Notes under the pieces: generated by a model | The model's input: the letters and a program-made list of their open reading frames with translations, nothing else | Databases searched by the model: none | Told to the model about the DNA's origin: nothing | Source: an uncultured virus (IMG/VR IMGVR_UViG_3300041955_001927) | Lineage: Duplodnaviria; Heunggongvirae; Uroviricota; Caudoviricetes | Virus record (IMG/VR): IMGVR_UViG_3300041955_001927 | Length of the DNA stretch: 64,000 nucleotides | Direction: 5' to 3' (one strand) | Shown: positions 18,590 through 27,250 of the stretch, piece by piece | How the letters are laid out: each line of letters begins with the position of its first letter | Numbering within the stretch: position 1 is the stretch's first letter | Position numbers and translations under genes: made by a program

Positions 18590-21500
18590 CTACTGAATCT
18601 GCACTGGCCCATTTGGCAGAGTGTTGAGCAAACGATCGCGCTGGCGCGCTAACCACGCTTCCACGTCGGCTTCTGTTTTCAGGACACTACGTTCGAGGGT
18701 CACAAACTGGACCTTGGGCTCAAGCAATTGCGCCGCCTGTTGCAGGGCCTTGGCGACGCGCGCGGGAATAGCCTCGGCTTCAGTTCTCCGGGCTGCCAGA
18801 TTCTTGGCGTCGAGAGCACTCAACAGGGCTTCGTCGCTGCTGACGTCAGGTTTCGCGGGTGCCTGCAGTCCTACTTCAGCGAGGATGCGCGACTGATCCG
18901 CGGCGGAGATTTTCTGCCACGCAGCATTTTCCGAAAGGCTCTCGGTAGCTACCTGGTAGGCAGACTGGTGCGAGTCCTGGGCAGCGTTCGTCGCCTGACG
19001 CAGGAGGTCTGCCAACCCAGTGCGCAATGGGGCCACTGGATCGGGATCGGCCAGCAACAGACGGCTGCTCCGAACAGCATCGCGCTGGTTAAGGGCCGGC
19101 TGCGCTTCGGAGAGAGTACCCGCGTGACCTGCCAGCCGCTCGAGTGTCTGCCAGGCTGGCCGACGTTTCGCGATGAGGTCGCGAGTCTTCTTCCACTCCG
19201 CGATCCGCGTCTTCAGTTCCGTCTCCTTGAGGCGAAGAGCGGACAAGCGGTCGTTGCCAAACTGCTTCTGGATGTCTTCGATATCGGCGACGGGCGGCCG
19301 CGCAGGCGCGGGTGCGTCGCCGCCGGCATCAGATGCCAGCTTCAGAAGCGCAATGAAGAACTCGGGTGCCTTCGCATCCAGTTCGTCACCCTTTGCCTTA
19401 ATGTCGAGCTCCTGGTACAGGGCACGGAGAGCGTTGCGGTCCGGAATACTGAGGGTGATCTTCTCAACACGGAATTCGGTCTTCGGAACTTTGTTCTGGT
19501 CAAGCTGGCCGACGGGCAAGGAGACGCCATTCAACGTTGCGGTGACGTGCTGGCTGCGGTGCAGAACGACCAGTGCAGCATCGACCGCGTCGCGAGGCCA
19601 GCCGAAGGGGCTGGATTCCAGTTCCTTGCGAAGTTGCGTGCCCGTCTTACCAGAGCCAATAGCGGAGAGCACTTGCCGGCAAACCGGGTGCTGCTCGATG
19701 GGGCCATCGTATTTGAGCGGGGAGAATGGCTGGTCGGCACCGTCGCGGGCCCGCTTAAGCGCCGATTCCCATGCCGAACCCGAGAAGTCGGCTTCCTTAA
19801 ATCGGGGGAAGAGACGAGCCAGTGCCGCGTCGGACCCTGCCCGCAACTTTTCTTCGAGTGAAAGCTGGAGCAGTTCATTGCCGCCGCCCTGAAAGACCTT
19901 GGTGCCGACAATGATATCTGCCACCAACACTTCCCGCTGCTGTTTGGCGAGACGGTACCGGCTCTCCATGCTTTGCCGGGCAATCTGTCCTTCGGGCGTC
20001 GCTGGCGCGCCCTTTGCGTTGATGGTCTGCTCGGCCGCCTGCTCGGTCGCGATCAGATTGAGCAGCTCATCCCGGGACTTCCGAGGAATGAAGACGAAGA
20101 GCATGGGGCTGTTGACACCTATCGCTCGTGCGGCGTTCAGGATTTCCTTTTCTGAGGTCGAAAATCCGTCGCGCAGCCAGACCGGGATGGATTCACCGTC
20201 CGCGAGGGGCGGGTCCTGAGATCGATGAACTTTGAAATCGCGGGGAACCTTCGCGGCACCGTGCAGCAGTGTCTTCTTTACTTTGTCAACAATCTTTTGA
20301 ACGTCTGCGGCCAGTAGCTGGTCGCGCCGTTCGTCAAAGAAGGCGGCGTCGTTCTTGAGTTTTGCCTCGCGCTGCTGGAAATCGTAATGCCAGTTACGGC
20401 CCTCTTCGGTCTGAATACGAAATTCGTCGCCGACCTGCATGAGAACGCTGTCTGCCGCGAGCTTGTCGAGCAGCCGTGCGACGTCTGCCCGGAGCTTGCC
20501 GTTGTCGGCAGCAAGGTCGTCGACCAGGAGATCGGCGACATGCTCCTTGTTGGCACGTACACCGATGTCGGCCCCGCCGTCCGTGGGCAGCTGGCCGATG
20601 AGAAAAACCAACCCGCAGATTCTTTGCTGGAGTCTTCCCTCCACAGATCCGTCACGTCCCAACGTGACGATTCTTTCGTTGATCTCACGTGGCAGCGCTC
20701 CCGTCGTGACCATTTCCGGAGCGAGCGCCTCGTAGAGATCATCGCCGGGAATGAGTCGGCCGAGCGATTCCGCAGTGATCTTGGCGACGCAGTCATGGAT
20801 GATTCGAAGCTGCGAGCGAAGCTGGCTCTGGGTTCCCGCCGTGTCGACCTGCCGGAAGCAATGCTCCCAGAAACGGCGCCGCACCGGCAGCAGGGGATAG
20901 TCTTCGACGATAGTGGCTTTGTCTTCCAGCCGCTCTCCGATCTTGGTGCCCTGAAGCTGCCGGGAGATCTCGCCGGCGTGCGTTGCAAAAAGCTCGGCGA
21001 TGGGCGTGAGGGCGGAAGGCTGCTTGCGGAGCAGCACCTTGCGGGTGACGGTCTCGACATCCGCGTCGGAAAGCTGAATGCGGATCGTGAAACGGTCGAG
21101 GAGCTTGTTCAGCAGCTTCACACCGGTGAGTGCCGACTGCCCGGCCGCAACCAGCATCACCTGGCTGTCAATTTGTTTACACAAGGCTTCGGCGATTTCG
21201 GTAATGAGCACAGAACGGGTTTCAGAATCCCCGATATATTGCTGGGCCTCGTCGAGGATCAGAATTGTGCACGGGATCTGTCCATCCTTGCCGGCACGGA
21301 CGAGTACGCGCTTCGCCATATACAGGAACTCTTCAGTTGTGAGATCCGTTGTTCGAAGGGCAAACTGAGTCCTAATGATTTCTTTGGCAGCGCCCTCGCT
21401 GGTGGCGAAGTTCGGGTCGCACGCAAGCAGAGCCTTTGTGATCAGTGGGCTGACGTACAGATTGTTCAGTTCCTGTGCCCACTTCTTGCCGGTGGCTTCT

Positions 21501-22069
21501 ACCGCACCTTTCACTTTTTCGAGAATTCCGCGCTCTTCGAGCCACAGATGGAACTGAGCCTGAGGGTACTGAGTCGGCAGCCCACAGGCACGAAGGAGGA
21601 TGCCGAGAACGCTGAGGCGGACGTTCTCCGTGGTTCCCGCGGGAAGGGTTCCGGCGGCCGCGAGCAGTCCCCCGCTGCGCTTGGCTGCGACGTCGAGCTC
21701 CCGAAACAGATCGCGCACTTCCTCGGGCAATTCCGGAACGAGACTGCGGGCGGTTGCGCCGTCCGAAAACTTCGTATCCTCCCAGAGGTGGCAGAGCATC
21801 TTCAGCAAGTGCGACTTACCACTGCCGAAGAATCCGCTCACCCATGCGGCTTTCTGGTGGGTCTGACTGCGATTGCCGAGGAAGGACGACAGGATCGTGA
21901 TCATGCCCTCGGCGTACTGGCCCTCACAGACGAAGGTGGAAAGTTCGCCCCGCAGCTCCTTCCTGACGTTGTCGTCCGCGCTCTCATTGGTGATTCGAGC
22001 CTGACCGTTGTTGACCAGCCCTTCTTTCGAAGGGTCGCGAAGTAAAGTTTCCCGAATGAGCGTCGGCAT
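18590..22069 (-). CDS. brxC: BREX P-loop ATPase BrxC
   Basis: ELSTFVCEGQY, WVSGFFGSGKSHLLK, LILDEAQQYIG, YPLLP; TGATG overlap with brxB. Confidence 0.92.
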   Translation of the reverse strand: MPTLIRETLLRDPSKEGLVNNGQARITNESADDNVRKELRGELSTFVCEGQYAEGMITILSSFLGNRSQTHQKAAWVSGFFGSGKSHLLKMLCHLWEDTKFSDGATARSLVPELPEEVRDLFRELDVAAKRSGGLLAAAGTLPAGTTENVRLSVLGILLRACGLPTQYPQAQFHLWLEERGILEKVKGAVEATGKKWAQELNNLYVSPLITKALLACDPNFATSEGAAKEIIRTQFALRTTDLTTEEFLYMAKRVLVRAGKDGQIPCTILILDEAQQYIGDSETRSVLITEIAEALCKQIDSQVMLVAAGQSALTGVKLLNKLLDRFTIRIQLSDADVETVTRKVLLRKQPSALTPIAELFATHAGEISRQLQGTKIGERLEDKATIVEDYPLLPVRRRFWEHCFRQVDTAGTQSQLRSQLRIIHDCVAKITAESLGRLIPGDDLYEALAPEMVTTGALPREINERIVTLGRDGSVEGRLQQRICGLVFLIGQLPTDGGADIGVRANKEHVADLLVDDLAADNGKLRADVARLLDKLAADSVLMQVGDEFRIQTEEGRNWHYDFQQREAKLKNDAAFFDERRDQLLAADVQKIVDKVKKTLLHGAAKVPRDFKVHRSQDPPLADGESIPVWLRDGFSTSEKEILNAARAIGVNSPMLFVFIPRKSRDELLNLIATEQAAEQTINAKGAPATPEGQIARQSMESRYRLAKQQREVLVADIIVGTKVFQGGGNELLQLSLEEKLRAGSDAALARLFPRFKEADFSGSAWESALKRARDGADQPFSPLKYDGPIEQHPVCRQVLSAIGSGKTGTQLRKELESSPFGWPRDAVDAALVVLHRSQHVTATLNGVSLPVGQLDQNKVPKTEFRVEKITLSIPDRNALRALYQELDIKAKGDELDAKAPEFFIALLKLASDAGGDAPAPARPPVADIEDIQKQFGNDRLSALRLKETELKTRIAEWKKTRDLIAKRRPAWQTLERLAGHAGTLSEAQPALNQRDAVRSSRLLLADPDPVAPLRTGLADLLRQATNAAQDSHQSAYQVATESLSENAAWQKISAADQSRILAEVGLQAPAKPDVSSDEALLSALDAKNLAARRTEAEAIPARVAKALQQAAQLLEPKVQFVTLERSVLKTEADVEAWLARQRDRLLNTLPNGPVQIQ

Positions 22070-22629
22070 CAATAACCTCCTGAAGAGTGAAGCGTGATGG
22101 GCACCGCGAGGTAGTTCCAGCCGTCGCGAGCATCCAGTAAACGGTAGTTGTTTTGGTCGTAGGTGCCAGGGAAGAACACGACCATACGGCCCCGAATCGA
22201 TGGTTCGAGGAATTTCATCACACGCGACACCCGCGTGAAGCCGAAAAGTGAACCAACCCCAAAAACAGCGACGACTGAAGTCTTAGCGACTTCCGGCTTC
22301 TCCAGAACTGCCCGGATTCGCGCCGCGACATGTTCAGCGAACTCAGATTCCAGCTTGAGCTGCAGGTCGTCAGGAGACTCAAAATAGGCATCCCGGTATT
22401 CCTCCTGCGCCATCCATTCAGCGAAGCAGTCCGCTACGTTCACCTCAAACCATTCGTGGCCGGTTTCGCGCGTCGCGATGGCGAACAGGTCCTTGCGGGC
22501 CAGCAATGCGCGCTCCTGGTCCTTGTCGTACACAACCATGACGATGCGTTGAGCGCCGGAGACCGTCTGCTGCCAGGGGAGCGAGACGTGCTGACGATAC
22601 TTTTCGGCTAGCTGTTCAATTCGTCCCAT
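22069..22629 (-). CDS. brxB: BREX protein BrxB (DUF1788)
   Basis: VVAVFGVGSLFGF, GRMVVFFPGTYDQNNYRLLDARDGWNYLA; lies directly upstream of brxC. Confidence 0.85.
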   Translation of the reverse strand: MGRIEQLAEKYRQHVSLPWQQTVSGAQRIVMVVYDKDQERALLARKDLFAIATRETGHEWFEVNVADCFAEWMAQEEYRDAYFESPDDLQLKLESEFAEHVAARIRAVLEKPEVAKTSVVAVFGVGSLFGFTRVSRVMKFLEPSIRGRMVVFFPGTYDQNNYRLLDARDGWNYLAVPITLHSSGGY

Positions 22630-22631
22630 GG

Positions 22632-23444
22632 TTACCTCGTCTGTAAGCTACTGGCGAAAAACGGATCCAATCGATTGAGATTCAGGTCGATAACATCCCC
22701 GGCCATGCGCAGGTCGATCAGCCCCATCCGCTTCGCCGAAGTGGCAAGATCGAGGGCCGCGGATGCGCTGCAATCGAGAACTTTTACCCAGCCCGAGGTG
22801 AGGCTTTCATTGACCGCGAAGCCGGCAACACGAGCGAGATAGAGAGCAAATGCGACCGAAGAAGGAGTCGGCTGCACCAGTCTGCGGAACTTGAAGGTCC
22901 GTCCCTCAAGGTGTCCGGCCTGAGACCACGTGCTCGCCGTATTGCGGACGGTCTTGTTAATGGTGGATTCGTTGAGGCGATCCTGCACTGAATCGGCGAG
23001 CGCCTCCCGGACAGCGGTCCGCTGGAATTCGGTCTTTTCCGGCATGTCGATGATCACCGCAGCAGTCGCACGAAGCAGGGGGTCTCGAGCCAAACTGGAA
23101 AGCAAGGCCAGCAGCGGTCCACTCGCGGCATCGACATGCCACAGCCCCGCAAGGACCCGGAATAAAGGAATGCTCGGATCGAGCCCGTACAGTTCGCGCA
23201 AGTGCTGAAGGGAGTGCCTGCGGGTAGCGACGGTCTGCTTGGCGAGGCAGTTTTCCTCCACAATGGCGGTGGCATAGGCCTCGGATTTACTGTCCGGTGG
23301 CACGATGGCAAGCACGGTGGTGAGTTCCTCCAGCATCATGGTTCGGCTGGAGTGTGTGCCGACATGGCCAAATCGAAACCCTCCCTTTGCCGCGGTGGCG
23401 CGGTTGCTTCCCGCCTGGAAGAACAGGTTTGGTGCCTGGGTCAT
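22632..23444 (-). CDS. brxA: Probable BrxA (DUF1819-like)
   Basis: Position before brxB; IVEENCLAKQTVATR, RDPLLR and a C-terminal wHTH-like KRMGLIDL..AGDVI are consistent with BrxA. Confidence 0.65.
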   Translation of the reverse strand: MTQAPNLFFQAGSNRATAAKGGFRFGHVGTHSSRTMMLEELTTVLAIVPPDSKSEAYATAIVEENCLAKQTVATRRHSLQHLRELYGLDPSIPLFRVLAGLWHVDAASGPLLALLSSLARDPLLRATAAVIIDMPEKTEFQRTAVREALADSVQDRLNESTINKTVRNTASTWSQAGHLEGRTFKFRRLVQPTPSSVAFALYLARVAGFAVNESLTSGWVKVLDCSASAALDLATSAKRMGLIDLRMAGDVIDLNLNRLDPFFASSLQTR

Positions 23445-23447
23445 AAG

Positions 23448-25100
23448 TTATGCCGCCTGGGCCACGCAGGTTCGCAATCCGTTCACCTGGCGATCCAGCG
23501 CTTCGATCTCCTTCGACAGATCGGCGCGCATTCTGGTCGCGCGGTCGACGACCTTCTCTCCGTTGCTGCGAACCGTTTCAGCCCAGATCTTGATCTGTTC
23601 CAGATTGTCGAGCTGTTTTTCAATGGAGCGCGTGGCAATGTCGATCGCCTTCAGCGCCTGATCGCTCTCAACTGATTCGTGGCTTTCCCGAATCACGAGC
23701 GCGCGGGCGACACTGTACGCAACCCGGACACGCAGGTCGCTGTCCGCGCTTTCCGCATCCCAAGTAATGATGATGTCATTGCCATAGCGGGCAAAGGGCT
23801 GAAGGGTGTCCGGCGCCGTCTTCGTCGAAAAGACGAACACGCCGATCTGAGCCTGCCGGTTCTTGCGAGCCACGGCAATCTCGGCCAAGGCCTGCTTGAG
23901 ATCGTAGCTTCCGTCTTCCTTCGCTTCCCAGACGATCCTGGCACCTGGAGCGGCGCTGTCGGGACCGAGGGTGGTAACGAAGTCGCCGGTTTTGCAGTTC
24001 TTGATTGCCCCGGTCGTCGCGCCGACGGATTCGTACGGGTCATTTAGGCGCTGCGCTTCGGTCGCCAGCAGAATACCCACTTCCGCCTCAAATTCGTGTC
24101 CGTGTCTGGTGGACCGCGCAGCCTCCTGCTTCCGAGCCTGAAGTGCCGCCAGGGTAGCGCGGACCTCATTCTGGAACGACGCGTTTGTGGTTGCGAGTGC
24201 TTCTATGGTGCTCGTCAGTTCCCGTTTGACGCGAGAGAGCGCGGAACTGTCGTCGTCCAACGTAAGGTTCTTGTCGATCTGCTGACGCGTTTCCTCGAGC
24301 ATTCTGGAAAGGCGGACGATGGCCGAGTTTTCGTTGTCGGCGGAGAACTCGTCAGTGATCGCCTGGTGAGCATTCTCGACCCGGGCGACCAAACGTGACA
24401 GCGCGGAGTCAGGCTTATCCAGGGAGAACTCGCAGGCGAGCTTATCGACCTCGCCCTGCAGTTCCGACTTCAGCGTGCCGTTGCTCGACGTGAGTTCCGC
24501 AATGAGTCGCGATAGAGCAGACTCCTTATTATTAAGCGAGAATTCATTGAGGATCTGATCCCGCTGCACCTGCAATGCCGCCTCCATGACGTTCTCCAGC
24601 TGTGCCTTCACACCGGTGGCATCGGTTGGGGAGAGGAGCCGCGAGATCGGGCTTCCTTCACCGAAGTGCGCAGACAAGGCCTGCGCAATCGTGGAGTTCT
24701 CGGAGCCGAGGTGCGCCCGAAGCGCCCTGTCGAGCTCTCCATCGTTGCGGATCAGGGAGTCAATGCGCTGGGTGAGCGCGCCAGTCGAAGGATCGAAGTA
24801 CTGGCGCAGAGTTCCTGAAATGTCCGTTGAGATCTGGAGTCCGCGGTTCGTCAGCATCTGGCCCAAATCGGCCAACATGTTCTGCGCTGCGTTCCGGATG
24901 GCGGCGGCATCGAGTTCTCCCGCAGCCTGGCGGAGTGCGAGAACGCCCAAACGCAACGCGCCCATTGCATATTTTTCACGAGAATCTATTTCCGGATATT
25001 TATTAAGTTCACTCACTACGTCAGGATCGGAAATTTCTAAGTGCAGAAAAATATTAGAAGAACATCCAGAATCAAGATTTTGAGAATTTGCAGGGCTCAT
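23448..25100 (-). CDS. Coiled-coil protein with C-terminal PD-(D/E)XK-like domain (RmuC/DUF2130-like)
   Basis: Repeated SALSRL coiled-coil units, then RHGHEFE...KTGDFV...IVWEAKED...ARKNRQAQIGVFVF; stop is 3 nt before the brxA ATG. Confidence 0.65.
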   Translation of the reverse strand: MSPANSQNLDSGCSSNIFLHLEISDPDVVSELNKYPEIDSREKYAMGALRLGVLALRQAAGELDAAAIRNAAQNMLADLGQMLTNRGLQISTDISGTLRQYFDPSTGALTQRIDSLIRNDGELDRALRAHLGSENSTIAQALSAHFGEGSPISRLLSPTDATGVKAQLENVMEAALQVQRDQILNEFSLNNKESALSRLIAELTSSNGTLKSELQGEVDKLACEFSLDKPDSALSRLVARVENAHQAITDEFSADNENSAIVRLSRMLEETRQQIDKNLTLDDDSSALSRVKRELTSTIEALATTNASFQNEVRATLAALQARKQEAARSTRHGHEFEAEVGILLATEAQRLNDPYESVGATTGAIKNCKTGDFVTTLGPDSAAPGARIVWEAKEDGSYDLKQALAEIAVARKNRQAQIGVFVFSTKTAPDTLQPFARYGNDIIITWDAESADSDLRVRVAYSVARALVIRESHESVESDQALKAIDIATRSIEKQLDNLEQIKIWAETVRSNGEKVVDRATRMRADLSKEIEALDRQVNGLRTCVAQAA

Positions 25101-25120
25101 CGCTTTCAACCTTTCAACTC

Positions 25121-25226
25121 ACCGGCAAACTCGCCGGTTTAATAAATCAAGCTTCGATAATCATTCTGCCTGACAATTCGCTCGCTGTCAATGGCTACAA
25201 CTAAGTTCACCGGCAAACTTGCCGGT
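25121..25226 (-). promoter_or_regulatory. Sigma70 promoter of the BREX operon flanked by two 18-bp palindromic operators
   Basis: Minus strand TTGACA(25191-25186)-17 nt-CAGAAT(25168-25163); palindromes ACCGGCAAACTCGCCGGT 25121-25138 and ACCGGCAAACTTGCCGGT 25209-25226. Confidence 0.7.
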
Positions 25227-25275
25227 TAATACTTGAGACGCGCGGTGGTGAATCTGAAGGGTTGTGAAGCAGGCG

Positions 25276-25923
25276 TCAAACGCCCTGGATGTCCGAAGAA
25301 TCCGGTACTCGTCGAGCTACAAAGAAGCCATAGATCTTGATTCCCGGGAAACGGTCACTTAGCAATTGCTGAGCGGCCTTGAAGTGCGCGCCCGTGGTCA
25401 GGACGTCATCGACCAATCCGATTACGCGCGGAGTGGGATCGACGAGGGATTCGTCGACCGCGTAGTTTCCCAGTAGATCGTAAATCCGAGGGCGCAGTTC
25501 CGTGGTGTGCGCCGGATCGGTGCTTTCCCGCTGTACAATCAGCTCCCGAACGTCGACCTCGATACCGGCTCCGAGAACTTGTAGCATTTGGATCAGCCGA
25601 TCGTCATACATCGGGTCCGTCTTGACTTTGGATGGGGGCATCGGCACCAGAGTGGCAATCGACAACCATTTTTCATTCAGGGCATCGAGGGCCTGCCGCA
25701 TTTCCTTGCCCGCCATTTCGATGGCGCGCCGCTTGTAGGCCCAGCCTGGCTGACCCCGGCGGTCCATAGGCTTCTTCAGGTTGAAGATCAGATTGTTGGT
25801 TTCGCTGAATTGATAACCCTTGCGCGCGTTGTACTCCCCCAAATAGAGACACTCATCATCGGCCTCGATGAACGTGTGGTCTGAGCGGGTAAGGTCATCA
25901 ATTCTGGAGAGGCGCAACGGCAA
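25276..25923 (-). CDS. Phosphoribosyltransferase (ComF-like), partner of DprA
   Basis: LVPMPPSK, IGLVDDVLTTGAHF PRPP-binding loop; overlaps the dprA end. Confidence 0.85.
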   Translation of the reverse strand: MPLRLSRIDDLTRSDHTFIEADDECLYLGEYNARKGYQFSETNNLIFNLKKPMDRRGQPGWAYKRRAIEMAGKEMRQALDALNEKWLSIATLVPMPPSKVKTDPMYDDRLIQMLQVLGAGIEVDVRELIVQRESTDPAHTTELRPRIYDLLGNYAVDESLVDPTPRVIGLVDDVLTTGAHFKAAQQLLSDRFPGIKIYGFFVARRVPDSSDIQGV

Positions 25924-26845
25924 GATGTTCCTGAATGTCCTCGTAGTCCCGCACGCGAATTGCTCCCATCTGCTCGAAGCGGTGAGGCCATGTCAGGGCA
26001 GGGTTGTTGAAGTTGCTCTCCAGTATGAAAAGCTTCTTCTTCTGCTTCAGTGCGTGGCGGGCCTGAATCAGGGTTCCTGAAGTCTCGCCGGCCTCCACGA
26101 TGATGGTGGCCTCCGTCAGCGCCGACATCGTAATGTTGCGCTCTGGGAAGAAGATCCGATTCGTCGTTGGGTTCGGTCTGTCGTATCGGACGACGGGGAC
26201 CTGACTGATCACTAGGAAGTCCTGCGCCAGCTTGTCCTGGAGCTCCGCGTTCTCCCTCGGGTATCGAACGCTGAGTGGAGTGCCGATAACGGCTATCGTT
26301 CGTCCGCCAGCTTCCATCGTTGTGAGGTGAGCTATCGTGTCGATTCCCTTCGCGAGACCGGAAACGACCGTGAATTTGTCGTCCACCAGGCAACGGACAA
26401 GCTTCCTGGTCCGAGCGATGGATTGTTCTGACGGCTGTCGCGTTCCGACGACCGCGACGCCCCTGCTCTCGACGAGATCCCACCAACCCTGGAAATACAG
26501 GAGTTCAACGGGGTGGACCGCTACGCGCAGTTTCATTGGGTATTCACCCGCGCCGTGGACCCGAATTCCGAAATGGGCTACACCCGCGGCCGCCAGGGTG
26601 TCCACAGTCTTCCGGGCAAACTCGACGGCGACATCTTCCGGCACGAAATCGGACGGAACGGCACCGGGATGCTCGCGGAACTTGTCGGCCACCCATTTGA
26701 AGCTGGCTTTGAACTCAGACCACAGCGCCTCGTATGCGCCCATCTCACGAAAAGGCGAGACAGAGCGCATCAATGTGCCTGGCATCTCGAGTGCGTAGTC
26801 GGCCGGCATTGCGTTGACCATCGCCATTGTTCCCTGAGCCATCAT
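25898..26845 (-). CDS. dprA: DprA/Smf-family protein
   Basis: VAVVGTR, VVSGLAKGIDTIAH, TIAVIGT, FPERNITMSAL, IVEAGETSGTLIQA; ATG 26845 after GGAGG. Confidence 0.88.
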   Translation of the reverse strand: MMAQGTMAMVNAMPADYALEMPGTLMRSVSPFREMGAYEALWSEFKASFKWVADKFREHPGAVPSDFVPEDVAVEFARKTVDTLAAAGVAHFGIRVHGAGEYPMKLRVAVHPVELLYFQGWWDLVESRGVAVVGTRQPSEQSIARTRKLVRCLVDDKFTVVSGLAKGIDTIAHLTTMEAGGRTIAVIGTPLSVRYPRENAELQDKLAQDFLVISQVPVVRYDRPNPTTNRIFFPERNITMSALTEATIIVEAGETSGTLIQARHALKQKKKLFILESNFNNPALTWPHRFEQMGAIRVRDYEDIQEHLAVAPLQN

Positions 26846-27006
26846 TCCGCGCTCCTCCGTGCTGCGGGCCCGTTCGACTCTGATGTACAGCGTACCGAAT
26901 AGGCGGAACTCCGATTGTATACGCTCCGGGTCCATCCCGGAGTATCTGACGAGACGAGAACGATAAAAGGGAGCGGTCGCTGTTGGGCGGCGGGTAGCAC
27001 ACTTCG

Positions 27007-27035
27007 AGTATAGCGAACAAAAGGCGAACAATCGA
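27007..27035 (-). promoter_or_regulatory. Promoter with a LexA-type box (GTTC-N7-GTTC) in its spacer, upstream of dprA
   Basis: Minus strand TCGATT-gttcGCCTTTTgttcgc(17 nt)-TATACT; the box is GAAC-N7-GAAC at 27015-27029. Confidence 0.65.
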
Positions 27036-27123
27036 CCCCGCTTTCTGCCCCGAAATCCACAGTCCTCCCCTGTCAAGAATTCGATTTGGGTTCCGATTCA
27101 CCGAGTTCCCCTGTGCAAATCAT

Positions 27124-27151
27124 GTTCGCCGTATCTTCGCCGTGGTAGCCT
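27124..27151 (+). promoter_or_regulatory. Second, one-mismatch LexA-type box and extended -10 upstream of the rightward phage operon
   Basis: GTTC-GCCGTAT-CTTC at 27124-27138 followed by TGG-TAGCCT. Confidence 0.45.
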
Positions 27152-27250
27152 GAATTTTAAATCTGTTCCGGTCAAGCCCGCGCCTCTTGATTTACCGGCT
27201 CCCGCCTGCCCTCCTCAGACTTCGTATCTCCTTGAAGAGGTGGATCAAAG

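Noticed and set aside
20387..22045. 552-aa plus-strand ORF
   Set aside because: Antisense shadow of brxC
26846..27076. N-terminal extension of the DprA ORF as given in the ORF track
   Set aside because: Overlaps the promoter and LexA box; a better ATG with GGAGG lies at 26845
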